Assembly: GCA_023485405.1 (NCBI GenBank)
Contig: JAMCZU010000035.1
Span: 1,519 to 65,518 of the forward strand
DNA length: 64,000 nucleotides
DNA from: Patescibacteria group bacterium
GTDB lineage: Bacteria; Patescibacteriota; UBA1384; UBA12157; JAENIV01
Direction: 5' to 3'
Shown here: one piece after another, positions 63,599-64,000 of the stretch
Layout: each line of letters starts with the position of its first letter
Numbering within the stretch: position 1 is the first letter of the stretch
Position numbers and translations under genes: made by a program
Notes under the pieces: generated by a model
Seen by the model: the letters and a program-made list of their open reading frames with translations, nothing else
What the model was told of the DNA's origin: nothing
Databases searched by the model: none

Positions 63599-64000
63599 AT
63601 GATTAAGCATTATAAACCGACAACTTCAGGCAGACGCAAAATGACAGTCACCGACTATTCAGTTTTGACGACTAGAAAACCGGTTAAAAAATTAACCCGC
63701 GCTTTGCCAAAATCTTCTGGTCGGGATCAAACTGGACAAATTAGCGTTCGTCATCAAGGTGGTGGGGCCAAAAGAAAATACCGAGTTTTAATTTCTTTAG
63801 ATCAAAAGTTAAATATGCCAGCCAAAATTGAAACACTAGAATATGATCCAAACCGTAGTGCTTTTATTAATTTAGTGACTTTTGAAGATAAAACTAAGGC
63901 CTATATTTTAGCGCCGGAAGGGCTAAAAGTAGGGGATGTGATTACTTCTGGCGAAGCGGAAATTTTAAAAGGTAACCGCTTACCACTTGGTAAAATTCCG
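63599..64000 (+). CDS. rplB: 50S ribosomal protein L2 (3'-truncated by window edge)
   Basis: MIKHYKPTTSGRR, RHQGGG.KRKYR, EYDPNRSA. Confidence 0.96.
   Translation, partial: MIKHYKPTTSGRRKMTVTDYSVLTTRKPVKKLTRALPKSSGRDQTGQISVRHQGGGAKRKYRVLISLDQKLNMPAKIETLEYDPNRSAFINLVTFEDKTKAYILAPEGLKVGDVITSGEAEILKGNRLPLGKIP

Overview
Chromosomal segment of a low-GC bacterium using standard code 11. Gene content and organisation suggest Patescibacteria/CPR (inference). Core genes: uvrA (5'-truncated), rnhB, RNase P RNA, tRNA-Gln, gyrB/gyrA, infB, cdaA-cdaR, obgE, rpoB-rpoC, a fragmented str operon (rpsL-rpsG / fusA / tuf) and the start of the S10 operon. Accessory blocks: a ~10 kb CsoR-regulated copper/thiol-redox island with three matching 21-bp operators, a small polysaccharide locus, a PEP-CTERM protein, a defence island (AccI-family R-M, a ThsB-like TIR gene coupled to an unfamiliar multi-TM gene, Fic, PD-(D/E)XK nuclease), a REP-associated tyrosine transposase, and many stand-alone ORFan cassettes. 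Most notable: (1) the TIR + membrane-protein pair, a candidate non-canonical Thoeris-like system; (2) a synonymously recoded duplicate of the fusA start (MAREYSL) forming an overlapping uORF with a hairpin element whose relative lies upstream of rpoB; (3) a PaaX/Cas2-like gene bracketed by two 38-bp palindromic repeats; (4) an unannotated ~360-nt structured RNA with a 6S-like rod; (5) several families of short dispersed palindromes, one of which occurs inside the RNase P RNA. All product calls come from motif recognition by eye; no searches or folding were run.
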